In this document: in pieces, positions 37,043-50,790 of the stretch | How positions within the stretch are numbered: the stretch's first letter is position 1 | Layout of the letters: each line of letters begins with the position of its first letter | From: Gekko japonicus | Lineage: Eukaryota | Reading direction: 5' to 3' | NCBI RefSeq assembly: GCF_001447785.1 | Contig: NW_015168709.1 | Location: 124,001 to 188,000, forward strand | DNA: 64,000 nt | Made by a program: the position numbers and the translations under genes | The notes under the pieces: generated by a model | The model's database searches: none | The model's input: only the letters and a program-made list of their open reading frames with translations | Told to the model about the DNA's origin: nothing

Positions 37043-37468
37043 GTGTGGATGCCTATATTTACTTGAAACTAATCTGTGTTTAAATTCTTCGTGTCCTGTC
37101 TTTTCTTTTGCATAAGATTATCAGTGGAGGGGTTGGCGTGTCTGAGTATGTTTCTATTTGATGAAGCATAGATTCTTTAAATTATGTAAGCTGCCCTGAG
37201 CCCGCTTGCGGGGAGGGTGGGGTATAAGTGAAATAAAATAAATAAATAAATAAATATGTCTTCTGAAGAAGGCATTCCAACCAGTCATTACAGAATGATT
37301 ACATATGTCTTCTAAATGCCTGAATTTGCTTGTTTTCCTTTCCATCCCTTTCCTTCTCATTCCCTTTTTTTGGTGTTGTATATGTTATATTGTAGGTTGT
37401 TAAATGGTATGCTGTAGCTTTGGAAGAATTGGTGGAATGGTGGTATAATTTTTAAAAGAATATATACT

Positions 37469-38810
37469 AAAAATATGTTAGAACGCTCTAAAATCAGGGA
37501 ATCCACATCTAGATCATGTACCGAATTTGAACTACTTTTTAATGTTGTGTCAACATTGCAGAACGGTATTATTTCAAAAATCTGTAGAATTTTACTAATT
37601 TAGTACAGTGGGGGCGAACCTATGGCACGCGTGCCAGAGGCGGCACTCAGAGCCCTCTCTGTGGGCACGCGTGCCATCACCCCAGCCAGGCCCAGACCAT
37701 CATTAATGTGTCGAATTCTCTGCCAAATAATTTTAAGTAAATGAAAGCATTTGGGATTGCTTTCCTTACTTTGTTTGGATCATCTTATGTTAATGTGTGA
37801 GTTGTTTTTTCTAAAGTAAAACCTCAGTATTCAGGTTAAATTGCCGTGTTGGCACTTTGCGATAAATAAGTGGGTTTGGGGTTGCAGTTTGGGCACTTGG
37901 TCTCTAAAAGGTTCACCATCACTGGTTTAGTACCACCCGCAAATCAGACTAAATGGCAAACTGAATGTTCCATAGAATTTACTGAGGCTTAATGAACAAA
38001 ATCTGGCATTCTTCCATCTCTGCTTCAAAAGCCATAAACACTGGATTGACTTTTTTCAAAATGGTCACACGCTGGTACATTGCCCTCTTGAGGTTGCATC
38101 AAATCAATCCTGCAAAATCTAGTAAGTGTTGGGAGCAGTGTGGAGAAACTGGCTCCAACATACACTGCTGGTGGAGCTGTAAGTTTATTTCTAACTTTTG
38201 GCAACAGGTCATATTCTGTATACAGCAGATTACTGTGCACACCATGATGTTAAGATCTGAATATGTTCTGCTTCATCTCTGGGACAATCCCTCTACTTTA
38301 CGTTCTAACAAAGACCTGATAAATACAATGCTAATTGAAGCTAAATTAGCAATAGCATCAAAGTGGAAATAGAAAAGCTGCCCCACAATTAAGCTCTGGT
38401 TTGCCAAACTATGGGACTGCTATCATGGAAAAACTAACAGACTAGATAGTGCATTTGGAAAGCAAAGATTATCGGTCTTATTTTGCAATGAGATGGTTTC
38501 TAATATTGGAGTTTATGGCAAAGTATGAGATTCTTCTTTCAAAATCAAGCCCAATAGACTTACTTCTTTTATAATAAGATTTAGCTAAACTGGTGTCAGA
38601 TATGGTATTCTGTTCAAATTAGCTATACTTGTAAATTGTGGATTCCTCATGAATAGCATAAGAGATTTAAGTCTCAACATGTTTAAATTCCTTTATTGTT
38701 CGAGTTTGTATTCTGATATGTATCATTTACCAAGTTCATATTGTGTTTGCATTTTGTTGAATAGTAATTGTTGTATTTTTGTGTAAATTGAAAATGTTAA
38801 CTAAAAAAAG
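37469..38810 (+). mobile_element. 5'-truncated L1 (ORF2 C-terminus, 3'UTR, short polyA)
   Basis: CWEQCGETGSNIHCWWSC (CCHC knuckle); 12-bp TSD AGAATATATACT (37457-37468, 38811-38822) at a TTTT/AAAA site. Confidence 0.9.
37606..37924. mobile_element. hAT MITE nested in L1
   Basis: TIRs CAGTGGGGGCGAACCT / AGGTTCACCATCACTG; TSD ATTTAGTA / GTTTAGTA. Confidence 0.88.
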
Positions 38811-39102
38811 AGAATATATACTGATAGTGAAAAATCTCTGGATACTTAAATCCAGTGACTGAAACTGTTCTACAAACCTAAAAAGGTACCCAGGTTTGCA
38901 GAAAAATGTGAAATTAAAAAAAAAACATTGGGGGTTAAAAACTCGAAAATGATAAAAGGAGGGTTTGTAGCTTTTAGAAATGGATTCCCTCAGTAGCTGT
39001 TGCTAGGCAGTTACAGTATTCCAGGCTGGAGCTTCTGTGAGTAAAAGGCAGAGAGAGGGAGAAGGACCCTTTCCAGGCCTATTTTGACCTTTGAGGGAGG
39101 AC

Positions 39103-39390
39103 TAGGGTTGCCGGATCCAGGCTGGAAAATTCCTGGAGATAACCCAGAATTACAACTGCTGTCCTGAGCAGAGAATCGGTTCCCCTGGGGAAAATGGCTG
39201 CTTTAGAGGGTGGACTCTATGGCAGTATACCCTGCTGAGGTTGTTTCCCTCCTCAAACCTTGCTCTTCCAAGGCTCCATTCCCTAATCTCCAGGAATTTC
39301 CCAATTTGGAGCTGACAGCCCTAAGGAGAACTGATCTCTGCAGTTGGGAGATCATTATGATTCCAAGAGATCTTCAGGTTGGCAACCCTA
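39103..39390. mobile_element. TAGGGTTGCC-family hAT MITE (rearranged)
   Basis: TAGGGTTGCC...GGCAACCCTA; internal similarity to 11558-11781. Confidence 0.7.
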
Positions 39391-40134
39391 GAAGGAGAGA
39401 AGGAAGCAGCAAAGGAAAGAGGCTATGGGGGCTTTCAGGAAAGGGAATAGTGGGGAAGGGGAAGTGAGATGCCTCCCGCAAGTCCTTGCAGGTTCCCTCT
39501 TGTGCTACTGTAATAGTTAAAATTCTTATTGCTTACATTGTATTTTCTAAGTATCAATTGGTTACAAGATTAATATAGTTAGAATTTTAATAGGAAATCT
39601 CAGGGCTTTAACCCTAGTCAAAGCCTGCTCAAATCTTCAGGGGCTTTCCTCCACTGTGGATGAGCTGACTGGCGGGGGGAACCTCCCCCTTAAACAGGGA
39701 CGTCATGTGGGAATACGCCGGTATTTGGGCAAACTCTATGGTTTGAGGGTGAAAAAACCATAGAGTTTTTCACAAATACCAGAGTGTTCCTGTGCGACCT
39801 CCCCAACACAATGACATCATTTCTGGGTGGCGTCATTATGTCAGGAACATTGTGCAACATCCCTGTCCACCCCTGGAAAGCCCCCCCAATCACCCCACTG
39901 GAGCAACGAGTGGACCTGGCAATGCTGCTTACTAAAGAAATTGGAGAGAAGAGCAGAGCCCTAGGAAGTGAGGTATTGAACAGGCGATTGACTATTTCTT
40001 GGTGCAAGTGTGTTTCGAGCTTGCCCTGCCATTCTTCCCTGGTAGTGAGAACTACTTTCTTTTTGTTGGAATGGAAGAATGAAGCAGCAGTTGCTATGTA
40101 AATCCTGCAGGATGACTGTAATTAAAGGCTGCAC

Positions 40135-40552
40135 CAGGGGTCATTTCCTGCAGGAGCGCACAGGAGCGGAGCTCCGGCAGTAAAGAGCCCAGCGGGCGGG
40201 CACATGCAACAAGCCCCACCCCCTGCTCCCAGCAGCCCTCAGTCAGAGCAAGAAGCAGCCAGGTAAGCTGCAGCGCTCCCCCCCCCCGGCCCCCTGGTCC
40301 AAAACAGTCCAGTGGCACCTTTAAGACCAAGTTTTATTCAGTTACAAGCTCTCCCTCCTCTACGGGGACAGATCTGCACATCCCCCCCCCCAATAGCTAG
40401 CAATCCAAAACAGTCCAGTGGCGCCTTAGTGGTGGCTGTTGCCTTCTGACACACTTCCAGTGATGTCAGGGTGTGTGGCATATGCAAATAAGCTATGCTG
40501 ATTAGTTATGTTAATGAGCTCCTGCCCCTCTTTTTCTACAAAATGACCCCTG
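40135..40552 (-). mobile_element. Non-autonomous hAT element (cargo-free sibling of the GLUD1 carrier)
   Basis: TIRs CAGGGGTCATTT / AAATGACCCCTG; perfect 8-bp TSD GGCTGCAC (40127-40134, 40553-40560). Confidence 0.92.
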
Positions 40553-40941
40553 GGCTGCACTAATGTCTGCTGCAGCACTACCACAAGTTCTACCTGACGC
40601 CCAGTCCATCCCCCTTTCTGACTGGGAGTTGATGATTTTACCATGACTGAAGTTTCAAGGGTTCTGGTAAGAAACTCCTAATTTTTATATTAGATTGTTA
40701 TTATTTGCTGAAATCGGAATTAATCATCACAGTTGAGTGTGTAACTCAGTCAGTACATTTTGCTATGACCTGAAATTTCCTTATAGCACTGAAAATATTA
40801 TCAAATATTGGTGCCAACTGACCATTCCCTCTGTTTTGAAATGGTCAGGTCTTGAAAATTAACTGAAATAGCTAAGCACTGGCAAAATGTAGTTAAGGAG
40901 TAAGAGCAGTTCTGTAAATCTTTCCTGCAGGCTTGTTATCA

Positions 40942-41155
40942 GTGGTGTAGTGGTGTATTGGACTAGGATCTGGGAGACCCAGGTTTGAATCCCCACTCTG
41001 CCATGGAGGTTGCTGGGGGACCTTGGACCAGTCACACACCTGCAGACCACCTACCTCACAGGGCTGTGTGAGGATAAAATGGAGAAGAGAACAATGTAAG
41101 CTGTTCTGAGTCCCCATTGGGGAGAAAGGCAGGATATAAAATAAATGAATAAATA
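40942..41155 (+). mobile_element. tRNA-derived SINE
   Basis: TGGTGTAGTGG..GGTTTGAATCCC boxes, ACCTACCTCACAGG core, (TAAA)n tail. Confidence 0.8.
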
Positions 41156-42518
41156 GCTTTTATAGACTATTCATTTTAATATGGCATCTTATAGATTGTT
41201 TTTGTATGTTTGATACTAAATGGATTCTTTTGTCATTTGTAGTTGCTGAGTGTTCTTGAATATTGAATATTTTTATTTCTTAATAAACTTCAAGAAAATT
41301 CAGTCATTGGCAAATATGTAGCCAAATTATGCATAGGACTACAGTGTGGTCCTTTTGAAGAATTAAGCATTATATTCAGGTAAAGTATATCTCCTGATCT
41401 TTCTCCAGCTCTGTCTACATTAGACCAGCCAGAGTGTGCCACCATTATGCAGATCTCCAAATAAGGCCCGCTTGTGCACAAAGACATCGTTAATTTTGCT
41501 ATATAACACTTAACTCAGTAGAAATCCTTCTGCTGGCATTTTTAGTTGACAGTGGAAACAAGTGGTTAAAACACAGGCAAATACTAGCAGAACCTGAAAA
41601 ATTGAATAGGCACTGACCAGAAATTGAATAGACACAATTACTTCCCCTTGACCTCTTGTCATTGGACCATGATGGTGTCCCAAAAGACTTTAATCCTACT
41701 CTCTGCTCAACAGAAATGTGTCTTTATTACCAGAACTTCCTCATATCATAGAGTAATAGATGTCAACTGGGTGGGGGAAATCGTCTCTGCATGCTGAGTT
41801 ATAGAACCTTTTTTGAGGATGCAGTGACATTTCCTCCTGAAGTTAAACCCGTTTTGTAATGACAAACTTGTATTACTAGGCAATCTGGTGCGAAGATAAC
41901 TGTCTGAATACAAATAAGCACTATTCTTGGCACAAGAAAATGCATGGCTCCAAATGTTTTCTGTTACAATTCGATTTATCAGCATTTTCTAATGGGAATG
42001 TGTTCATTGGAATTTATGATGTTGCTGGTCTGTGAAGGACGGAGAAAATAAAAGCTCTAGCTTAGTTACTGGGGAGAGCAATCCTGTGTTGTGCCTGTGC
42101 AGGAGTGGTGGCCAGCTACAACACAGATGCGGTGCTGCTGCTATTGTACTTCCTAAGGGGATAGTTGCACAGTGGCCAGATGGGGAAAAGGTGCCCCAAC
42201 AGTGTTCCTGCTGCTGTGTCTGTGGTGGTTTCGCCACAGCATTCCATTGTGGCACTGTTGCAAGGTGGGGGTGGCATGATGGACAGGGCAGGCATGGCCA
42301 ATGAGAGTCATGAGTTGAGGAGGCCGAGCCGGGCATCCGTCACCGGCAAGGGGCAGAATGATGTTTTGTGCTTTCATGCCAATAAAGATTTTGTGTGTGT
42401 GGCAAGGGGCAGAGAAGGGCAGGCCACAGGAGCAATGCTCCTCCTTTGCCATAAACACACCCTTAAAGAGACCAGCTCCTGTTACAAGCCCTGGCCACTT
42501 GTCAGTGCAGACGGGGGC

Positions 42519-43105
42519 CATTAAATACTGGGTTCAAGATGCATTGCAGTGAACAACTCTACTTTATTAAGTGATTTCAGGAACAAGACTAAAAACACCA
42601 GGGCAACAGCCCTGTTTAAATAGCATGCAAAACCCACACCGAAACACACCCAACTTCCAATGATAGGCTATTTACATAACGTTAGTTTCTCATTGGTCAC
42701 TTCCGGAGTCCTGGTGGGCTATTGTTTAAGAGCTCCAAGTTCAGCCAGTCTCTGGTAGATAGTCCTGGAATGTTCCATACTTAATACATAACACCCCTGC
42801 CCCCTAAGTACCAAGGCACCTTAACACACATAGTCCTCAAGGTACGCTGGCCTGCGCCTTTCCCGCTGAGAGTGTCTCAGCTCCGATGGTGTGGGCGCAG
42901 TCATGGGGGCCCTGTCTGGGGTCTCAGCAGCAGCACTGGGGAAGGATGGCGGGTCAGGAGCAGAGTCCTGGGGCTCTGGATCAGTCTGTGTGGGTGTGGC
43001 CGACTCCATGCGGTCAGGACGGTCCCCTGTGCGCAGTGCATCCCCCTCCCCACTGTACTCAGGTGGTGGTAGTGGTCCCTGGCAGCTGGCCTCCACTGCA
43101 GCTGG
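42519..43105 (-). mobile_element. Gypsy/Ty3 LTR retrotransposon 3' end (pol C-terminus, PPT, 3' LTR ~42519-42793)
   Basis: ..ELRHSQRERRRPAYLEDYVC* followed by PPT AGGGGGCAGGGG abutting TGTTATG; AATAAA within the LTR. Confidence 0.85.
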
Positions 43106-44784
43106 TGCTGGGTGAGTGTGGGCACACGTTTGGCAACAGAGGCATCCTAATGGCCACGCCAGCAGTTGGGGGCCTCTCCTCGTGTCAGCACAGATGGGGA
43201 ATGATGGCCTTGCTGGTGGCCTGCCCATCATGCCTAAGCCACACCATGGTGCCTGGGGGAGCTACTACCCCTGTATGGGCTTCCGCCAAAATGAAGGCTG
43301 GACTCCCCATCAAATGCCTCCATTCAGGTGTTACTGGAAATGACAGGGTGGTCTGCTTGCCAGTATGGATCGAACACAGTGCCACCCCTGGGTGCACGCT
43401 GCCAGGTACAGAACTTGGTCAGGTTTATACATATGTGCTTGTGACCCAGCTGCCAGAGCCATGGTGGCCTCTGGCATCCAGAGGGATCGGCGAGGCTGCT
43501 GCCATGGTAGCCATCTGCAGCTGCCCCCCCCCCCGTGGCTGTGGCCAGGCCCTGTTAGCCATTCTGTTTTTTCACATTGCTTAGGATCTCCCCAAAAGGG
43601 GAAGGGATGACAGTGACTACAGAGCTAGGAATTTCCACCAGGTAAGTCGGTTAAGCCACGTGTCAGTTACACCTCTGGCCAGCCGGCTGAGATGCCAGTT
43701 TTGCAAGCAGAATGGAGAAGGGTATTTGTGTCGTGGTGTGCCGTAGCTCTGTGGTGCTCCTAGCTCTGTGGTCATTAGGCCCCAGGATGCTAGTGCGTTT
43801 CTGGAACCTAGTCCCAACAAGCAGCAATGGCATTTACTGTCATGGTTGCCATTCTGCTGGAGGGCCATCTAAAAGAGCGACACACATATGATTCACAGTG
43901 CCCATCACCAGTGCTCTGGGCAGCTGACATTGCCCAGTTGCCACTGTTGTTTGCTACTCAAGCCCCTTATTTGCATAGTCAAATATTGCCCAGGGTGGCT
44001 GGGATCTGGATGGCCCTAGTGATGCTCCATAGGGCTATGTCCTCTGAAACTGACCATATCCACTCTGCAGTGCTTTCAGCTATTGGTCATACCTCACTGT
44101 GGTGGCAGCCCTTTATGCCAACAGCTTTGTTCCAACAGGGGGTACAGCACTCCTTATCGGGACACGGCAGCCCACTGGCACCAGCCACCTCCCCCAGAGC
44201 TACTTTGGAAGCGACCACCCATGGCATTTCCCCCATAGAACCCTGCTCTCCCAGGTTGCCTCCTTCCCTTTTTCCACAAGGTGAGTTGGCTGACCCACCA
44301 ATCATGCCTGTGGGGCTATGGTTGGGGAAACATCAGTCTGTCCCTTGACTTACCCTCCCGCCCATCTGTGTCCATTTCTGTTGCCAGGATAAGGCCTCTA
44401 CCTCTGTTGTGTCCACTGAGTCCTTGTTGCTTCTTCAACACCCTCCTGCTGCTAACTCCCCCATCGGTCCCCAACAGACACCAACACGTCAGACGGGCCC
44501 TGGAGCACAAACAGGCTGAGGACCACCCTGCTGCTGCCTCCCAGCACTGGTATTCAGAGGTTTGCTGCCTCTGGATATGGAGGATCCCTTCAGTCACCAC
44601 GGCTAGTAGCCATTGATGGACCTCTCCTCCATGAGTCTAACTCCCTTTTACAGCTATCTGTTGCCAAATGTGGTCTTAGTATAGGAGTGACATGGTCTCG
44701 TCTGTTGGCTAGTCCCAGATAACAGAGGAGCCGCCACATTTGGCACAGTTGCAGCTGCAACAAGGCAGCCCTTGAAGAGCACAT

Positions 44785-45782
44785 TGTTAGCCGGATTGCC
44801 TCAAATTCGTATTGATTTTAGGGCAATTATGATATTAAGAGAGGCAATGGGTAAATAAGGGAGCAATCACCTATGTATACAGGAATCCCGCTTCTTCCAG
44901 ACGCATCAGAAACAGACTCAAGGCTGGCTTCAGTATAAAATGGTTTTGTTTACTGATAATATTTCTCAAGCATACAATAATTCAATCACACTCATAGGTA
45001 TACAGTTCTAGGAAAATTAGAGAGAGGAGGATAGCATATTCACATTAGCAGGATAATTGTTGAGGGGGTAATGCTTTACTTGTCCTCGGCGGGATGAAGC
45101 AATCCTTAAGAAGAATAAGGGAGACTATGGGGTATTAGGGTGGTGTCCTGAACCAGCAGAAACACGTGGAGACTCTGGCAGTGCTAACTGAGAGTTGTGG
45201 AGTTAGGATGGGTTTAGGTCAGAGGAGAGAGAGAGAGAGAGAGATGACGGGGTGCATCGCTTTCTGTAAGGGGGGCTTGGGGGGTGGACTAGGCTGGCCA
45301 CATCCCCTGGCACACCTCCTGTTGGTCCGTCCCCAAAAACAGACTGATTGGATATGGGTTCAAGGGGGAAGGATCTAAGGAGGGTGGTCAGTATTCAGAT
45401 CTAGTAATCCTGTGCGAGACAGTGGCACCTGGAAGGATGATGACTCATGCTGTCATTGATATTTCCTTGATTGTCTTATGGCTGCAGCTTCAGCGAGGTG
45501 AGGCTGGGTGGGGGAGGGAGGGAATGTTGCTTGTGTGCAAGGAAGGAAACTCCGCATGGAGTTTGAATCCTTTGTTTTAGGTCTTCTGCCTTGGCATGGC
45601 ATCTGTCTGGCGTTCAGTGCTTCATGTAGCTAGGGAGCTAGTCCATCTTACTGCAGGTAAGAGGGTAGGTAACCTCTGGAACCATAGGCACATCATCCCA
45701 CAGGAAGGCTTCCTTCTTCTGGGTGTGTGTTTGTAACTGGCATCACTATTGGATCACCACACAGTTCAGTCCTTTCTGCACA
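44785..45782. mobile_element. Probable ~1-kb solo LTR lying between L2 remnants
   Basis: TG...CA ends; L2 RT-like sequence on both sides; TSD not clean. Confidence 0.45.
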
Positions 45783-45849
45783 CTATTGGCACAGTCCAAG
45801 TTTTATTACTTGTGAACAATGTCCATAAGAGCGCCATAGGTGCCTTGCA

Positions 45850-46270
45850 GGGCAACACCATTACAGTAATTTAGCCACGAGGAAACTGAAGCATGGATAG
45901 TCATGGCCAGATCAGGCATCTGCAAATAGAGGGCCAGCTTCTTAACTAAATGTAGCTGGGGAAAGATCACTTTGCTGTCACAGAAATCTGTTTCTCCAAC
46001 AGGAGACCAGGATCCAACAAACAAACCCTAAACTCTTGACATAATTTTTCAGTGAAAACTGCACACCATCAGTGGTAGGAAGCATAATGTGATTTAAATT
46101 AATATCGCTTCCTGCCAGTATCCCCTCTGTCTTATCTGGATTCAACTTGTTCTCCAAACCAAGCAAAGCAGGACATTGATCTAGATTACAAGCAGTGGCC
46201 CTCAAATTCCCCAGAACATTGTCGCCATCACTCAGGGAAACCAGCCTGAACTGATCCAAGCAGTAGTGAC
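45850..46270 (-). mobile_element. L2 LINE RT remnant (related piece at 44660-44784)
   Basis: NKLNPDKTE..VKSLG..PDLAMTIHASVSSWLNYCN; RDHVTPIL. Confidence 0.75.
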
Positions 46271-46832
46271 TAGCTGGAGCAACAGACCTCTACAGTCTGT
46301 ACCAATTGACTCAGCATCGAAGTCAGAACAGCTCTGAGAGACTTTATCAGCAAGTAACAATGCAAAAACATCAAAATATTAATCTAAATGCCAAATACTA
46401 GCATTTAGAGACTTACCACTGAGAGTTACCAAGTACCTAATTATTCAAAATAAGTGGATTTGGTTCATCTGATGCAATGGAACGACACCCAACTTATCTG
46501 TGAACATGGAGACAGGAGTTTTATTTGAAGGGGGCTGAGAACACCTGGGGATGAGCCTGCCTATCATCTGGTAGAGCTTGTCATTCCAACCTCCCACCAG
46601 AAATTCCACAGAATCACTAACTGGGCTTCCCAACCCTGCACACACACCCCAGCATTTCTTGGAATCTCCTTGAATCTATTATGTAATTGGTCCACTACTT
46701 GGACATAGGTGAGGTGCCATCATTACACGGCCCCTCAGTAGATAATGGTCTGACATGGAGCCTTTTGGCATAATTTTGACACTTTCTTCTTCAATACAGT
46801 ATTTTTATTTTTTATTTTCCATAATAGTTTAT

Positions 46833-46833
<1 letters not shown>

Positions 46834-46901
<68 letters not shown>
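46834..46901. repeat. (ATC)n microsatellite
   Basis: About 22 perfect TCA units. Confidence 0.98.
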
Positions 46902-49900
46902 GTTTATTTCATAAAAGGTGCCCCCCAATTTGGTATAACTAACAGATAATAAAAGTAATTGATATTTTCCTTTTATCTGTATGTATGTAATTTAATTGAT
47001 TTGTATTATACCGTATCAGATGAATACAATTTTATTTTATATGTCCAAGATTAGGGCTTTAGGTTTTCCTCATTGCAATTTAAATTAGAAGTTTATGCAT
47101 GCTTTGTAATGGAAAAAGACTCTGATAATAGGGCAAATTAATCCTTTCCAGCTGGAAAGCTTTGGAAAGGAAAAAAACCAGTTTGATGCTCTGATACATC
47201 AGCAAGATACACATTTGTTTTGAAGCTGAGGGACTAAAACACATAGATTTGCTTCAGCATTTCAATGCTATGCTGTTTTGACTTTGTTGCTTTGCAAGAC
47301 CATTGGGAAACCAAAATTTGCCTCCATAAACTTTTAGATGTAAGACTTTAGCCACTGGTCAGACTTGTAAATAATTCTGAGGTTTTCATTTTTAATGCCT
47401 CACAAATTGTTTGTAAAAATGATATTTAGTAATGCATTGGGAAGTACCACAAACTGCAGTGAAGAACTAGAATGTTAGAAACAAGAACTGTTTTAAGAGT
47501 GTCTCCTGTTTTTAATCTTGTGTGAGAAAGTGGGATTGTTTACCTTCCAGCCCTCCTTTTTATATTTTTTTAACGTTGGTGCCAATTGTAGGCACCATCT
47601 CATGTACCATGTGATATTTCTCTGCTAACAGCCCTGCTCCTGTAGACTGTGCCAGTAAAAGATAAATGTATTAAAGATTAGTAAGCCAGACATGGTGCCC
47701 CCTTCCTTCAAACATACAAGGGCTGGTGTCACTTTTCTCATGGCAAACTCACATTCCACTAGTAATCTAATAGTTGAAGAAAGGAGTGTACCTCCTAGTA
47801 GCTTGGACCAAAATGGCCATAGTGAAACTAATTTTATACAAAAACGTTTTGCTTTTGCAACAAATTTTTAATCTTTAAGACAAATACATTACTAAATATT
47901 TCCTTCCAGACTAAGGGCCCACAACAAAATGTTGCAGATTTGTAGCTCACTTCTTCTCATCTATTCCATAAATTCAGATGTATTTTTAAACTGCAATTTT
48001 GGAATTGAATTATGGAGATGATGTAGAGGAAGGCTTTTTAAAAACATGACATTTGTTACACATCCTAGCAAAATTCCTATTCGCCTCTGCAGGTCTCCCC
48101 TTTTTTTTCTCACTCCAGTCTTGCTTTTCCACTTGCTTTAGAAATCTGCTCCCCCCCTTAGTCCCAGTCTTACCCTTGATGACTGCCATAGTGTAGACCT
48201 TGAATGCCATTTAAAAATGCTCACATCTAAGACATTAGCCATCAAATCTATTTTAAGATCTGATGTACATGAGCTACATGAAAACCTAAAATTTACTTCT
48301 TGTCATTCTAGGAAAGCTGTTTTTATCTGATCTCCATTGAAAGGGAACATTCATTTTGCTGCCATTCCAGAACTACCATGTTAGGACTCCCAGTCTATTT
48401 ACTTAATACACTAATTGATTCTTGACCAGATGGTTAAAAAAAATATTTTAAAGGTGATGGAAACAGGGGGTTGGGAAACATGGGGATTTAGATTAACATT
48501 TTTATTGTTCATTAGCACGGCTTATTGGACAAAACTAGTCCGTGTGATTTTTGTCAAAATCCGCTAAAAGCTAAGGCTATTCCTTCACCATTTGTATCTT
48601 TGAGGGAAAAGTTGATTGCTCATCCAAATCTCCTCTGTCATTTGTAGAGAATGCACTGCCTACACTTCAAGGCATAACCCATGGAAGTCATTTATCTTAA
48701 TTCTGTATCTTTGTTGAATTTCCTTGTTTTATTACAGGGAACGCATATATTGCAATCTCTGCTCTGCAGGGAGAAACTTCCTTGGGCTATTTCTATTACT
48801 AAAGCATCCTGTGACCTTTGTGTGGCTTTCATTTTATGTTCCAGAGAGGTCTGGAATGTTCCCTTTTCTTCCCCACAGAAATTAACCTGGTTTATTCTAA
48901 TTTTGGTTGGTTTTTCTCCTTGGTAAAGTATGTATTTTTATATTGTTTTATTTAAATCTATTGTAAGCTGCTTCGTGTACTTGTCTGAGAACCACCTTAA
49001 ATAAATAATGGCTGGCTGATGTTATAACTCCCCTTGGGCTTGTAGACAGTATGTTCCTTGATTTGCTCATAGACAAAATCCTGGATATACCAGCTGAATA
49101 ATGAGGAAAATTGTGGAGATCTCATTAGAACCAGAAAACCGGCTATTCATTTCTATTCAGAATTAGAGCTATAAACCTATTAGAATGTATTGGAATTGTA
49201 GAGCCACATCTGTTATAGCAATAGAAAGATTAAACATTTATAGTAGATACTGTTAAAAGATGATATCTTTAGAAAATATGGGCATCCAATAATAGAACTT
49301 TTTATGACTTCTGAAATTATTTTCAAGATTAGAAACAACAGTGAATAATTATCCTTACTCCAATGCAAGAACCGTTTCCAGATCCTGTGAAGGCTGGTGT
49401 ATCTTTAAGACATGCACAAATCAGAACATTCTGAAAAGTGGAGCATTTCCTTTCACAGTATTGTTCTAGAGGGTGAACGCTGTAAATCTCCTTGTACAAT
49501 ATTTACAGATAGAGGAGTGCACATGCGTCTGCGCGCGCGCACACACACACACACACAAACTGGTCTATCCAAGCAATCCTGCAGCCAAGAAATGTTCGGT
49601 ATTCAAGTTATTCCATAAGCAGTATGTATATGACAGGATTTTCCCATTGGCTTGTTCAAAATTTCCCATTGTCTGGGTATTCCACTGAGGGTTTCCTAAA
49701 GGTCCCCTGCATTTCACAGATGGCTTGTCATGCGGCAAGGATAGCTGCAATCAGAAGCCAAGCCTCTAAAGCCCTGCTATGCAAAAACTGTACAACACTT
49801 GAAAAGACAGTGTGGTGTAGTGATTAGTGTCACAAACTAACATCTGGGAGTCCTGGGTTCAAATTTCCACTCTGCCTTTTAGTTCGCTAGGTAACCTTAT

Positions 49901-49964
49901 GCCAGACGTTCACTCAGACTAACCATCTCGGTCAAATGGGATTATTATTTTGAGGATAAAATAT

Positions 49965-50790
49965 TTATTTATTTATTAGCTGCCTTTCTTCCTTACAGAG
50001 CTCAAGATGGGTTACAATATTAATAAAATGCATAAAATAGATTACATAAAACCATAAAACCAAAATTTAAAACACAATCTAGGACTGCTTTAATCAAATG
50101 CAGCCCTAAATAAAAACATCTTCGACCGCCTCCTAAAGACAGAACCTGAGGGGGCCAAGCGCACCTCCCTGGGGTGGTGGTTCCATAATTGTGGGGCTGC
50201 CACTGAAAAGGTTCTCTCTCATGTACCCATCGAACAGGCTTCTTTGATTGATGAGAAGTCAGGAGGGCCTCTCCCTGTGATCTTCATCCCCAGAAGAAGA
50301 GGAGATTGGATTTATACCCTGCCCTTCATTCGGAGTCTCAGAGCGGTTTACAAACTCCTTTCCCTTCCCTTCCCTACAACAGACACTCTGTGAGGTAGGT
50401 AAAGAACAACTCCGACAGAACGACGGCTTGCCCAAGATCACCCAGCAGCTGCATGCGGAGGAGTGTGAAATCAGACCCGGTTCTCCCAGATTAGTGTCCA
50501 CACACTTAACCACTACACCAGACTGGCAGAAACACCAGGAAGAAACATGAGAAAAAATAGTCTTTCAGATACCCCAGTCCCAAGCCATATAGAGCTTTAA
50601 AGGTCAAAACCAACACCTTGAGCCGGGCTTGGGAGTGGATCAGTAGCCTGTGTAATTGCTGTAATATCAGGGTAACATGCTCCCAATAGCTGCCCCAACC
50701 AACAGTCTAGCTGCAGTGTTCTGCAGTAGTTGCAGTACTCTTCAAGGGTAGTCCCAAGAAGAGCACATTGTACTACTCCAGCAATACGTA
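49965..50790 (-). mobile_element. L2 LINE 3' remnant with nested SINE (50292-50527)
   Basis: L2 3' motifs and tail; nested Squam3-like SINE ending CACTACACCAGACTGGC. Confidence 0.75.

Noticed and set aside
43830-44240. Weak Harbinger transposase (GTVNH/NHDS) or DIRS (LFAT/AFPP) motifs
   Set aside because: Spacing is inconsistent with either family; not supportable.
46755-46949. Poly-Ile ORF
   Set aside because: Translation of the (ATC)n microsatellite.
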